Below are positions 46,443 through 55,394 of a stretch of 64,000 nt of DNA, piece after piece. The notes under the pieces were generated by a model. It saw only the letters and a list, made by a program, of their open reading frames with translations, did no database searches and had not been told where the DNA came from. This stretch comes from Salinispira sp. (GTDB lineage: Bacteria; Spirochaetota; Spirochaetia; DSM-27196; Salinispiraceae), in assembly GCA_965602015.1 (NCBI GenBank), contig OZ271918.1, positions 2,272,001 through 2,336,000 on the forward strand, given 5' to 3'. Made by a program: the position numbers and the translations under genes. The number at the start of each line of letters is the position of its first letter. Positions within the stretch are counted from its first letter, which is position 1.

Positions 46443-46885
46443 TGATTGCACTGTACATCGCCGGTGGGCTCATCGCCCTTATGGCACTTGGTATGGTAGT
46501 TCAGAACAACCGCGTGCCGGCAAATCTGGGACAGCTGGAGGGTAAATTACATCCCATGCCCGCAAGCCCGAATGCTGTTAGCTCTCAGACTGACGACCGG
46601 GAGAAGCTGGTCGCCCCGCTGCCCTTCTCCGGAGACGCAGGCTCAAGTCTCGATGCAATTGAAAAAATCATAAAGAGTCACGGCGCCACGGTGGTCCGGC
46701 GTGATGGACACTACATTCACGCCGTCTATACCACCCGGGGAATGAAGTTCAAAGACGACGTCGAATTCCTGGCGGTTCCGGAGGAATCTCTGGTGCATTT
46801 CCGCAGCGCATCCCGGGTCGGTCATAGCGATATGGGCGTAAACCGAAAACGCTACGAAAAAATCGCCCGGGAATACGGCGGGTGA
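46442..46885 (+). CDS. DUF1499-family protein
   Basis: SPNAVSSQ, FKDDVEF and RSASRVGHSDMGVNRKR. Confidence 0.85.
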   Translation: MIALYIAGGLIALMALGMVVQNNRVPANLGQLEGKLHPMPASPNAVSSQTDDREKLVAPLPFSGDAGSSLDAIEKIIKSHGATVVRRDGHYIHAVYTTRGMKFKDDVEFLAVPEESLVHFRSASRVGHSDMGVNRKRYEKIAREYGG

Positions 46886-46934
46886 AGACCGCCGCCGGTT
46901 ACCGGTTCAGAACCTGGATGACGGCGGCTAATCC

Positions 46935-48713
46935 CTATTTGAGATACAGGCGGCTGACCACCCCACGAAAGCCATGTTCGGTAAAGGGATGCAGGGTCGA
47001 AGAGTCCAAATTCCCCACGGCATTTGAGGCGGCCACTGCCGTTTCCGGTGCGGCGGTGTACACCCATGGAGCCTTATCCAGCCAGATTTCCTGAATAATC
47101 CGATATTGGGCTCTCCGCTCATTCTCGTCGACGGTGGTGGCTGCCGCAATAAATGCATTGTCAACATCGGCCTCCCACTGTGTCGCCGGACTGGACTGCC
47201 CCGGATTGGTAAGGTGAAGATTGCCGCTGGACGGAATGGTATCGGCGCTGGCCAGGGGGTCGATCGAACTGGTAAAGCCGATCAGAACTAATTCCCAATC
47301 GTAGGTTCCAAGAAGCTGATCAACCAGATCTCCAAAGGGGATAAAGCTGGTTTGCACGTCGATGCCGGCGAGGGCCGCGGACTGGGAAAAAATCTCTGCT
47401 ATGGCTTCCCGAGCGACATTGCCCGCATTTGTCGCAATCGTCAAACTGATGGGATTGCCGCTGTCGTCTTCCCGAATGCCGTCAGAGTCGCTGTCAATCC
47501 ACCCCAGGGTATCGAGGATGGATTGGGCAGCCGCTACATCGTAAAGCGGCGCGTTCGCCGGCGCCTCCGTCCAATAAAAGGGCGATGAGGGATGAATAAT
47601 TGAATACCGCGGAACCGCCCGCCCGTTTAACGCATCGCTGATGATGGTGCTGCGGTCCACCAGATGCGCCAGGGCCCGTCGGAACTCGCGGTTGGTGAGC
47701 CATGAAAGCTCCGGATCAGATATTCCGTCGATACCGGGATCAGATGATCCATCGGGATTCTGATTCATGGCGATAAAATCCGCCGATGCTCTCACCCCGC
47801 TTTCATACAAGGTGGAATCGGGCCTTGCGGAAACATCATCGATGCCTTGGCCAAATACTTCGACGAGATCTGTGGTTTGGGCATTAAAAAGATCAACAAA
47901 ATTCCCGGGTATCATGGTAATGGTATCCAAATATGGGAGTTCTGTGTCGGCGGCATCCGACTCGAAGTAGTAGGGATTCGCCTCGAGAATGAGGCGATCC
48001 TGGTCAGGTCCCGCGCCGATTTCCTTCACCATAAAAGGACCGCTCGATACCAGTTCCCCGGGAGGAGTTTGGGAGGTCCACATCTCGTTCACCGCAGAGG
48101 CCCCTCCGGCGTTTATTATGGGCTCAATTATGTGTTTTGGCATAATCGGAATAGAGGCAAATTCCTCCCAGGAGGCATAGGCGACACTGGAGCTTATTCG
48201 CAGGGTCTGGGGATCCACAACGCTCCAGGTACTTTGGGCTCCGTCAATGGTCAAATTGACCGAAGTATCGATTATCCCTGAAAGAAAGAGGTCGACGGCG
48301 GAGTAAATAAGGTCTTCGATTGTCAAATCATCACCGTCGGACCAAAAAAGCCCTTCCCGGAGGGTTATGGTTATTCCTTTTGAGTCGGCATCAACGCTGT
48401 AGCTCTCCGCCAGTGCGGGCTCCCACTCAAGAGTTGCCTGATTTCTCCTCAACAGCGAGGTATGCATCAGACTGGTCACATCGGATACTGTAGAGGACTC
48501 GGCATTCCAAAACCTGAAGTGATCGGGAATACTCCCACCCACACGGAGGTTTCCGCCCTTGGTTCCCGTCTCTCCCCAGGGGTCGAGGGAGTAGCGAATC
48601 GGGTCCGACGCCCCCAGATCATCCAAATCCCCGGTATTATCGATTATCGGACACGCTCCAATAAGTACAAGAGCCAGGGCAGCAATTGACAGACAGCGCA
48701 ACTTTGATTTCAT
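46935..48713 (-). CDS. family-5 (peptide/nickel) ABC substrate-binding lipoprotein
   Basis: Lipobox LIGAC, PALAES, LREGLFWSDG, SGPF, NPYY and FRRAL..VDR. No permease nearby. Confidence 0.85.
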   Translation of the reverse strand: MKSKLRCLSIAALALVLIGACPIIDNTGDLDDLGASDPIRYSLDPWGETGTKGGNLRVGGSIPDHFRFWNAESSTVSDVTSLMHTSLLRRNQATLEWEPALAESYSVDADSKGITITLREGLFWSDGDDLTIEDLIYSAVDLFLSGIIDTSVNLTIDGAQSTWSVVDPQTLRISSSVAYASWEEFASIPIMPKHIIEPIINAGGASAVNEMWTSQTPPGELVSSGPFMVKEIGAGPDQDRLILEANPYYFESDAADTELPYLDTITMIPGNFVDLFNAQTTDLVEVFGQGIDDVSARPDSTLYESGVRASADFIAMNQNPDGSSDPGIDGISDPELSWLTNREFRRALAHLVDRSTIISDALNGRAVPRYSIIHPSSPFYWTEAPANAPLYDVAAAQSILDTLGWIDSDSDGIREDDSGNPISLTIATNAGNVAREAIAEIFSQSAALAGIDVQTSFIPFGDLVDQLLGTYDWELVLIGFTSSIDPLASADTIPSSGNLHLTNPGQSSPATQWEADVDNAFIAAATTVDENERRAQYRIIQEIWLDKAPWVYTAAPETAVAASNAVGNLDSSTLHPFTEHGFRGVVSRLYLK

Positions 48714-49046
48714 CTCATTCCTCCAGGATAGTCCGGATTTTTTCCCTCCATAATGGAGAATAGTTTACTTTTTTAATCCTTATTAACAGTATTGTAGGGC
48801 GACGTTTCCTTTCCTGCAAGAAATTTCACGATGGGAGGCGACAATGTTACAATCAAATCCGGATACAGCGTGAGATACGCCGATCATTTATTATGGCGGA
48901 TGCACACATTGTGCATATTGCATAATCACGTAAAGATACCGATGAATATTCGCTGTCATGCCATCGATTCTGCATATTTTTTACGATGTACCGTGATATT
49001 ATAGACGATACTCACTACACGGGGTGGTTTCTCCGAGGAGGCAGTT

Positions 49047-51116
49047 ATGGTAAAAAATAGCGCAATCGTTCTATTGATCGCACTAGGTCTGGTTCTCATG
49101 AGCGGATGTCCGGCGGATGCCGTTCTTCCCGAGCCTGAGCTGTCCCTTCCGCTGGCGGATTTATCACAGCCCGCGGGCTGGTCGACAATACCCCAGGAGG
49201 ATTTCCCCGCACTCGACGGCGCATTCCTTCAGAGCTTTGAAATGGAGAAGGTAATCGGTATCAGCGACAGATCAGTTCGCACCGTGTTGTCCCGGGCAGT
49301 TTCGAGTCACGGGGACCAAAGCCCCCGGGGCAGGGCCATCGTTCCGGTATGGACCGACTCAGTGAGCAATACGTTTAGCGGCGGCAGTATAAGCGATTAT
49401 CCCGAGCAGGGCATGACAACCGACTACAGCGTCGTTGTGGAGGACTCGGCACAGAACATTTACCGCATCACCTCCATTACCAGCTACCCGGCGCAAAACA
49501 CCACCATCGATACCTATACCGAAGAATATCTCATAAAAGACGTCACTCCCGGCGACCCGACGACTCCCGACGGAATCTGGGATTCCGCGGATCCCATCGT
49601 TGACGACGGATTTTCCGATTCCCCATCGCACCGAGAGCGGATGGAAATCCTGTTTGATGACGGGACGATTCGCTATGAGCGAATAGTCGGTCTGTACTTT
49701 AACGACGGCTTTGCTCCATTGGACGTGACCGCAAGCCTCTCCTACCCCGACTTTGCCTACCCGGGCAGCGATCCTGATGCGGTATTCTCTTCTGTGGTCA
49801 TGTACTCCCAGGAAGTTTCCGGCAGCTATGATTACTGGTTTTGGGAAGGAAGCACCCAGGGAGCACTGCTGGGTATTCGATATTATACCGAGCATTTCAT
49901 CAGCGGCGGAGATTACTACAAAGGAACCCTGGCGGCGTACGAGCGGGCGATCAGCACCTACAGCAGTAACGGAGGCGCATACGCATTCGGCGAACAGTTG
50001 TCCGATGTCTTTGTGGGCAGCGAACATACAACCCTCGCGGAATCAGTGCTTCGAAAGGAAGTGCTCTTTGAGGTAGACAATGGCTCGGTTGTGCCCAGCG
50101 CGATCGGCGGCAACGCGGTAATGCGGACCCACGTGGTGGACACCAGCGGGGTTGCGGATTCCGACTTCCTCATCCAGCAGCTGAACGATGATGCAACGGT
50201 TTTCGCCGATTGGGATTCCGCCCCCTACCACATCCCCAGCGGAGTCAGCGCCGATGAAATCGAATTTGACGATCCGGATACCCAGGTGGCAATCGAAGAA
50301 TTCATTGCCAATCCTGACGGTCCGGCAATGGATATGATTTTGTCCAGCATGCCGGGAGACAGCGATTTGGCTCAGCTCTATCAGGCCATCAGCACGGGAA
50401 CCGGAGATGCGGGAGGCAGCGATATCGGCCAGGATGTCATCGACGACTGGTATGTGGACAATTCGGGATTCGACGGGGGAGACCAGACCCACATACAGGT
50501 CGGCGGTACAGGCACCGCCCAATTCGACGGCGCTCAGGGTTTCGAAGTAGCAGGCTCAGACGCGGACCCGGCGTTTAACCCGCTAAGCGAGGGTACGGTA
50601 GAGGCCTGGGTGTACGTTGAAGCCCACGCGAATTACGCGGGGATTGTTCACAAGGGCGTTGAGCACGACTTCAGCGACGAAGGGTATACTCTTCAATTCT
50701 GGGGCAAGAGAGGCAATGTCGCCTTCGGAATCGTCGATCAGAATCCGTATAAATACAGTCTGAGAAAGTCGGGTTTACGACTCAACACCAACAAATGGTA
50801 CTATCTGGTCGGCCGATGGGATGCCGATAGGGTATATCTGGACATATACTACGACAACGGATCCGGCGATATGGTGGTAAAGCGGTACAGCACGAACAAC
50901 CGGCTGGACAACGGGACGCCTTATGAAAACTCCGGACCGCTGGTAATCGGCTCCCAGTATTTGGAAGGGTATGGAAGCCGCGGTTTCTACGGATTTCAAG
51001 GGTTGATCAACGGTGTGGTGGTCAGCGATTACGCAAAAACCGATGAGGAACTCGAGGCGTTTTACCGTTATATGACCGACGATACGGCGATTGTATCAGG
51101 ATGGCCGGCTCCCTGA
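49047..51116 (+). CDS. acidic lipoprotein with a C-terminal LamG/ConA-like jelly-roll domain
   Basis: Lipobox LMSGC. C-terminal FDG..TVEAWV..IVHKG..NKWYYLVGRWD..LVIG..FQGLI. SD GAGGAGG. Confidence 0.75.
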   Translation: MVKNSAIVLLIALGLVLMSGCPADAVLPEPELSLPLADLSQPAGWSTIPQEDFPALDGAFLQSFEMEKVIGISDRSVRTVLSRAVSSHGDQSPRGRAIVPVWTDSVSNTFSGGSISDYPEQGMTTDYSVVVEDSAQNIYRITSITSYPAQNTTIDTYTEEYLIKDVTPGDPTTPDGIWDSADPIVDDGFSDSPSHRERMEILFDDGTIRYERIVGLYFNDGFAPLDVTASLSYPDFAYPGSDPDAVFSSVVMYSQEVSGSYDYWFWEGSTQGALLGIRYYTEHFISGGDYYKGTLAAYERAISTYSSNGGAYAFGEQLSDVFVGSEHTTLAESVLRKEVLFEVDNGSVVPSAIGGNAVMRTHVVDTSGVADSDFLIQQLNDDATVFADWDSAPYHIPSGVSADEIEFDDPDTQVAIEEFIANPDGPAMDMILSSMPGDSDLAQLYQAISTGTGDAGGSDIGQDVIDDWYVDNSGFDGGDQTHIQVGGTGTAQFDGAQGFEVAGSDADPAFNPLSEGTVEAWVYVEAHANYAGIVHKGVEHDFSDEGYTLQFWGKRGNVAFGIVDQNPYKYSLRKSGLRLNTNKWYYLVGRWDADRVYLDIYYDNGSGDMVVKRYSTNNRLDNGTPYENSGPLVIGSQYLEGYGSRGFYGFQGLINGVVVSDYAKTDEELEAFYRYMTDDTAIVSGWPAP

Positions 51117-51134
51117 GAAATCGGGGGCGTTGCC

Positions 51135-52757
51135 CTACTCAAAAAAATTATCAAGCCCGGTCATTGCCGCAGCGCTGACATCGCGGAAGACCGGGTTTAA
51201 AAGCACGGCGCTCATTCTGATTACCCGGCCGGCGTAGAGCAAGTCGCGGTTTTCCATTAAGTGCTCTTCCATGTCCAATACCGCCTTGTCAATTTCCTCC
51301 TCGAGACGAAGCACCAGAGCGAGAATATCGGGTGTTCCCAGCGGGAAGGTCTCCCTGGAGTACCCGAAAATCCCCAGAATAACCGGCTCCACGAGAAAGC
51401 GGCGGTTTTGCACGCCCCGAACCGCGCTGCGGTACAATCTCCACATGCCGTCGTCGGGAGCCAGAACGCGGCGCTCGAAGCGGGTGTTCAGATCATTATT
51501 GGCCAGTGACGCGGCAATAAGCAGCTCAAGACCCCGGTTATTGATTATTGCCACCGGTGACAGCTCATCCATAGTCAGGAAATCACTGGGGGTGATGAAG
51601 GGCCGGGCTTCTGTTCCCACTCTGGCAAAATTAGCCACCGCGGCAGCGCTGATTCCCGTGAGAGTCCCGGGCAGGGGGTAACCCGCCTCGCCAAGGGGCA
51701 GGGTCAGGGTTGTTACGCAGCTAATATAGTTTTCCGTAAGTGAAATATCATCGTTGAGGGTGATATTAAAGCCCCAGGATTGACCGAGGTTGCGGGCCAC
51801 CGCCTCGGCGAGCCTTGTGCTTCGCCCGCCCGTGGTGCCGCCGGCCCCGTCATCGGGCCAGCGCAGGACTTCAATAAAGGCTGTGTGATCACCCCGGAAG
51901 TAACTCGCGGCGGGGACCACCCGAAGGCCCATTTCATAGCTTTCGAGAATCAGGGGATATACTCCCAGCTCGCCTGCCAGTTCGATATACATTGCTGCGT
52001 GATAGCTGTAGTTCGGTTCCTCAGCAAAGGCGGTAAAAAGCCCCTCGGAAGGATTTTTCAAATGAACCATAAGGATGTCCCCGCTTTCCAAAGCAGCGCC
52101 CCGCAGGAGAACCCGTCCTTGTGAGTCCTTCGGGTAATTTCCGATGGTCAGCTCGGGACGAGCTTGTATGCGCTGCCAATCCCAACGGCTTTCCCGTGAC
52201 GGCGGGATGCGCGGCGCGAAATCAAGTATGGCCTGATCTGCAAGAACATCGGCAAGTGAAGCATTCCCTTCGGATTCGGCGGCCTGAAGTACCGACAGCT
52301 CCTCCCGGGTCATAAAGGCGTCGGCAGCAGTCAGCACCTGAATCGCCGAGTTATTTACAGCAGGATCCCCGTCACCGGCAATGGCGGCTATCGCCCGGCG
52401 AATCACCGCTTCCTCGAGGGAAAGCAGGGCGAACTTCATATCCACAAGCTCCCCGCGGCTGCTGATGCGGCGGTTAACGTCAAGATAGCCCTGCCGGATG
52501 GTCCTTATCGCATCGGGAAGCAGCGGCAACGGCAGGTCGGCAGCGGCGGCCATTTCGGCCATCAGCAGCTCGGCTTCGGAGCCCGATGGGGACGTCGCAT
52601 GGCTGTCAGCGCGTACAAAAATGTCCGCCCCCTGCTGCTGCGGAAGTGAATGGGGTATATCAGGCAAACCCGCACAGGACAACAGAGCAAGCAGGCATGC
52701 ACATACACAAAACACACGGCAGCCTCGGGATGCAAAAGGGAGAATAGAGAATTTCAT
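51135..52757 (-). CDS. lipoprotein with a probable permuted papain-like (NlpC/P60, YiiX/YaeF-like) domain
   Basis: Lipobox LLSC. LESGDILM...YSYHAAMY...LES..GLR..P...YISC...ITPSDF, with His preceding Cys. Confidence 0.6.
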   Translation of the reverse strand: MKFSILPFASRGCRVFCVCACLLALLSCAGLPDIPHSLPQQQGADIFVRADSHATSPSGSEAELLMAEMAAAADLPLPLLPDAIRTIRQGYLDVNRRISSRGELVDMKFALLSLEEAVIRRAIAAIAGDGDPAVNNSAIQVLTAADAFMTREELSVLQAAESEGNASLADVLADQAILDFAPRIPPSRESRWDWQRIQARPELTIGNYPKDSQGRVLLRGAALESGDILMVHLKNPSEGLFTAFAEEPNYSYHAAMYIELAGELGVYPLILESYEMGLRVVPAASYFRGDHTAFIEVLRWPDDGAGGTTGGRSTRLAEAVARNLGQSWGFNITLNDDISLTENYISCVTTLTLPLGEAGYPLPGTLTGISAAAVANFARVGTEARPFITPSDFLTMDELSPVAIINNRGLELLIAASLANNDLNTRFERRVLAPDDGMWRLYRSAVRGVQNRRFLVEPVILGIFGYSRETFPLGTPDILALVLRLEEEIDKAVLDMEEHLMENRDLLYAGRVIRMSAVLLNPVFRDVSAAAMTGLDNFFE

Positions 52758-52901
52758 GGTAACAGTCGCCTCACTGGTATGAAGTGGGCAATAATACCCC
52801 GTTTCATGCGCCTTGTTCCAGCCATGCTGATAATCTGGGTATTAGCCGGGCAACGAAGGGCCTGTTCGATACTATCCATTCGGATCAGCGCCGCCATTGC
52901 C

Positions 52902-52952
52902 GCCGGAGCCGGAGCCGGAAGCCGGAAGCGGAAGCGGAAGCCGGAAGCCGGG
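52902..52952. repeat. degenerate 6-7 bp microsatellite x8
   Basis: GCCGGA x2, GCCGGAA x2, GCGGAA x2, GCCGGAA and GCCGGG in the intergenic region. Confidence 0.85.
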
Positions 52953-53022
52953 CCAGCCTGGTTTTTCCCGAAGCCGGCAGACCGGAAAATATGTATACTA
53001 GGGGAGTCATGAGGCTATCTAA

Positions 53023-54354
53023 TTGAAAAGTACTGACGTTCTGGAAGGCAGTATTCCCCGGCACATGTTCCGTCTCGCCCTGCCCAATGTTGGCGGCATG
53101 CTGGCCATAATTCTGTTTAATATTACCGATACCTTTTTCGTGGCCCGCCTCGGCGACCAGGCTCTTGCGGCCATGGGTTTCACGTTTCCCGTGGTAATGC
53201 TCATCGGAGCCATATCCATGGGGATAAGCACCGGAGCCGGCTCACTCATGGCCCGGGCCATGGGCTCGGGGGACCGCAGGCTTATGCAGAGGATCGCCAG
53301 CGACGGCATACTGCTGTCAGTCGCCGCGGTGGTGATAATCTCCGCCGCCGGCCTTGTCAGCCTCAAGCCCCTGTTTAGGGCGCTTGGGGCAAGCGCGGAG
53401 GTGCTTCCCTTAATCGAGCAGTACATGTCGGTGTGGTACGCCGGGGTGATAGCCATAGTCCTGCCGCCGGTGAGCGACGGAGCCATGCGGGCCATGGGCG
53501 AAATGAAACGGCCCCTGTACGTCATGCTCACCGTTGCGGGCTTGAATTTCATTCTCGACCCCATTCTGATATTCGGATGGTTTGGATTGCCCGCCATGGG
53601 CATACGGGGAGCTGCGGTGGCGACCATTATCTCAAGGACCGCCGGCGCCCTTCTCTCCCTCGGTTTTGTCCATTTCAAATACCGGCTTCTTAATTATCGC
53701 TACGAGTCCCTCACGCTGCTCCTGGAATCCTGGAGGAAAATTCTGTATATCGGCATTCCCGGCGCTCTCATCCGGCTCCTGCCCCAACTCGTGAGAACCC
53801 TGCTGACCAGAATGGCCGCCTGGGCCGGCGGAACCGCCGCGGTGGCCGCTCTGGCGGCGGGAAGCAGAATAGAGAGCTTCACAACAATCATCAGCATGGC
53901 CGTTGGGGTCTCATTGGTACCCATCATCGGACAGAATTACGGAGCGGGGAAAACCGGCCGGATTGCCGAGACCCGCGCCCTCGTCCTGCGCCTCGCGGGA
54001 GGGTTCGCCCTGGTCCTCGGCCTTTTGGCCATACCCTTCGGCCGTTCGCTGGGGCAGATCTTCACCCAATCGGCTGAAGTTCTCGATTTTATCCAGATAT
54101 ATCTGGTCATCATCCTCATTGGGTCGGCTGGCCTGAACAGCTACAACTGGATAAGCGAATCCCTGAATGCCATGGGAAAACCGAAAAAGGCCCTGCGGAT
54201 AAACCTGCTGGGAACCATAGCGCTGCTGATACCTGCCATTGTTGCCGGCGCTGCACTGGGGGGATTCAACGGCATGGTTGCCGCTCTGGCGGCTGCCCAG
54301 CTCGTGCTGGGTTTTATATCAGCCCGGGTGACCCGCAGGGAGTTTTTCTCATAG
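53023..54354 (+). CDS. MATE-family efflux transporter
   Basis: About 12 TMs, FNITDTFFVARLG..ALAA, NFILDPILIFG...MGIRGAAVAT and IGQNYGA. Confidence 0.92.
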   Translation: MKSTDVLEGSIPRHMFRLALPNVGGMLAIILFNITDTFFVARLGDQALAAMGFTFPVVMLIGAISMGISTGAGSLMARAMGSGDRRLMQRIASDGILLSVAAVVIISAAGLVSLKPLFRALGASAEVLPLIEQYMSVWYAGVIAIVLPPVSDGAMRAMGEMKRPLYVMLTVAGLNFILDPILIFGWFGLPAMGIRGAAVATIISRTAGALLSLGFVHFKYRLLNYRYESLTLLLESWRKILYIGIPGALIRLLPQLVRTLLTRMAAWAGGTAAVAALAAGSRIESFTTIISMAVGVSLVPIIGQNYGAGKTGRIAETRALVLRLAGGFALVLGLLAIPFGRSLGQIFTQSAEVLDFIQIYLVIILIGSAGLNSYNWISESLNAMGKPKKALRINLLGTIALLIPAIVAGAALGGFNGMVAALAAAQLVLGFISARVTRREFFS

Positions 54355-54374
54355 ATCCCGTCTACTAACTTATG

Positions 54375-55304
54375 TTAGTTGTTTTCATCGCCATAAATCC
54401 CGACGAAGCTTTTTCCGTCGGAACCGTCAGTAGCCCTGAACATACCCGGCGTATCGAAGGGCATGGTCCATTCGCCCCTGGTATTCACGGCGATGAGTCC
54501 TCCCGAGCCTCCCAAGGCGGCGATGTGCTCGAGCACCCGTGCCCCGGCCTGGGCAATGTTCGATCCCCGGATTTCAACCTCGGCGGCCATGCGGTAGGCC
54601 GCAACCGCTCGGATAAAAGCTTCGCCCTGACCGGTGGCGGACACCGCGAGGCTGTTGTTGTCCGCATAGGTTCCGGCACCGATGAGCGGACTGTCGCCCA
54701 CCCTGCCGTCGCGCTTGTTCGTCATGCCGCCGGTGCTGGTGGCCGCCGCCAGATCTCCGTGGACGTCAAGGACCACTGCGCCGACGGTGCCGAACTTGCC
54801 GTCGTGATCCAACTGGCTGCCCTCCCGCTCCGCTGCTGCTTCCAGTTGGCGCCTTCGGGTTTCCGTTTCGAACCACCGGAGTTCCATCAATTCCAGCCCC
54901 CTTTCCCGGGCGAAATCCTCGGCGCCGTCGCCGGTGAGGAGTACGTGGCTGCCGTCCTCCATAATCGCCCGGGCGGCCTGTATGGGGTTGCGGATCGAAC
55001 GGACGGCGCACAGGGCCCCCGCCCGGCGATGCCGGCCGTCCATAACCGCCGCGTCCATTTCAATCTGTCCCTTGTGGGTCAGTACCGAACCCCGGCCCGC
55101 ATTGAACAGGGGGTTTTCCTCCATTGCCGTCACCGCGCCTACCGCGGCATCCATGGCCGCCGCGCCGCCGCGCAGCAACTCTGCGCCGGTCTCAAGCGCC
55201 CGGGCAAGCCCGCTGCGGAAATCCGCTTCCAGCTCCGGGGTCATTTTGTCCCGGGTAATAACCCCGGCGCCCCCGTGAATAAGAATTCTCCATAATCCCT
55301 TCAT
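54375..55304 (-). CDS. iaaA: isoaspartyl peptidase/L-asparaginase (Ntn hydrolase)
   Basis: IHGGAG, FNAGRG, EMDA, GTVGAV (catalytic Thr), TSTGG, GRVGDSP and TGQGE. Confidence 0.93.
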   Translation of the reverse strand: MKGLWRILIHGGAGVITRDKMTPELEADFRSGLARALETGAELLRGGAAAMDAAVGAVTAMEENPLFNAGRGSVLTHKGQIEMDAAVMDGRHRRAGALCAVRSIRNPIQAARAIMEDGSHVLLTGDGAEDFARERGLELMELRWFETETRRRQLEAAAEREGSQLDHDGKFGTVGAVVLDVHGDLAAATSTGGMTNKRDGRVGDSPLIGAGTYADNNSLAVSATGQGEAFIRAVAAYRMAAEVEIRGSNIAQAGARVLEHIAALGGSGGLIAVNTRGEWTMPFDTPGMFRATDGSDGKSFVGIYGDENN

Positions 55305-55394
55305 GCGGTCATTGTAGCACGCCGCATGCCGCAGCAGATGATTTGATGTGAACAGGCGTCTTTACCCTCGGCGTAATTCTGCTATACTGGCTCG

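Noticed and set aside
52758..52900. Riboswitch or ncRNA upstream of the MATE gene
   Set aside because: No recognisable aptamer consensus or terminator was found by eye. An Rfam/Infernal scan would be needed.
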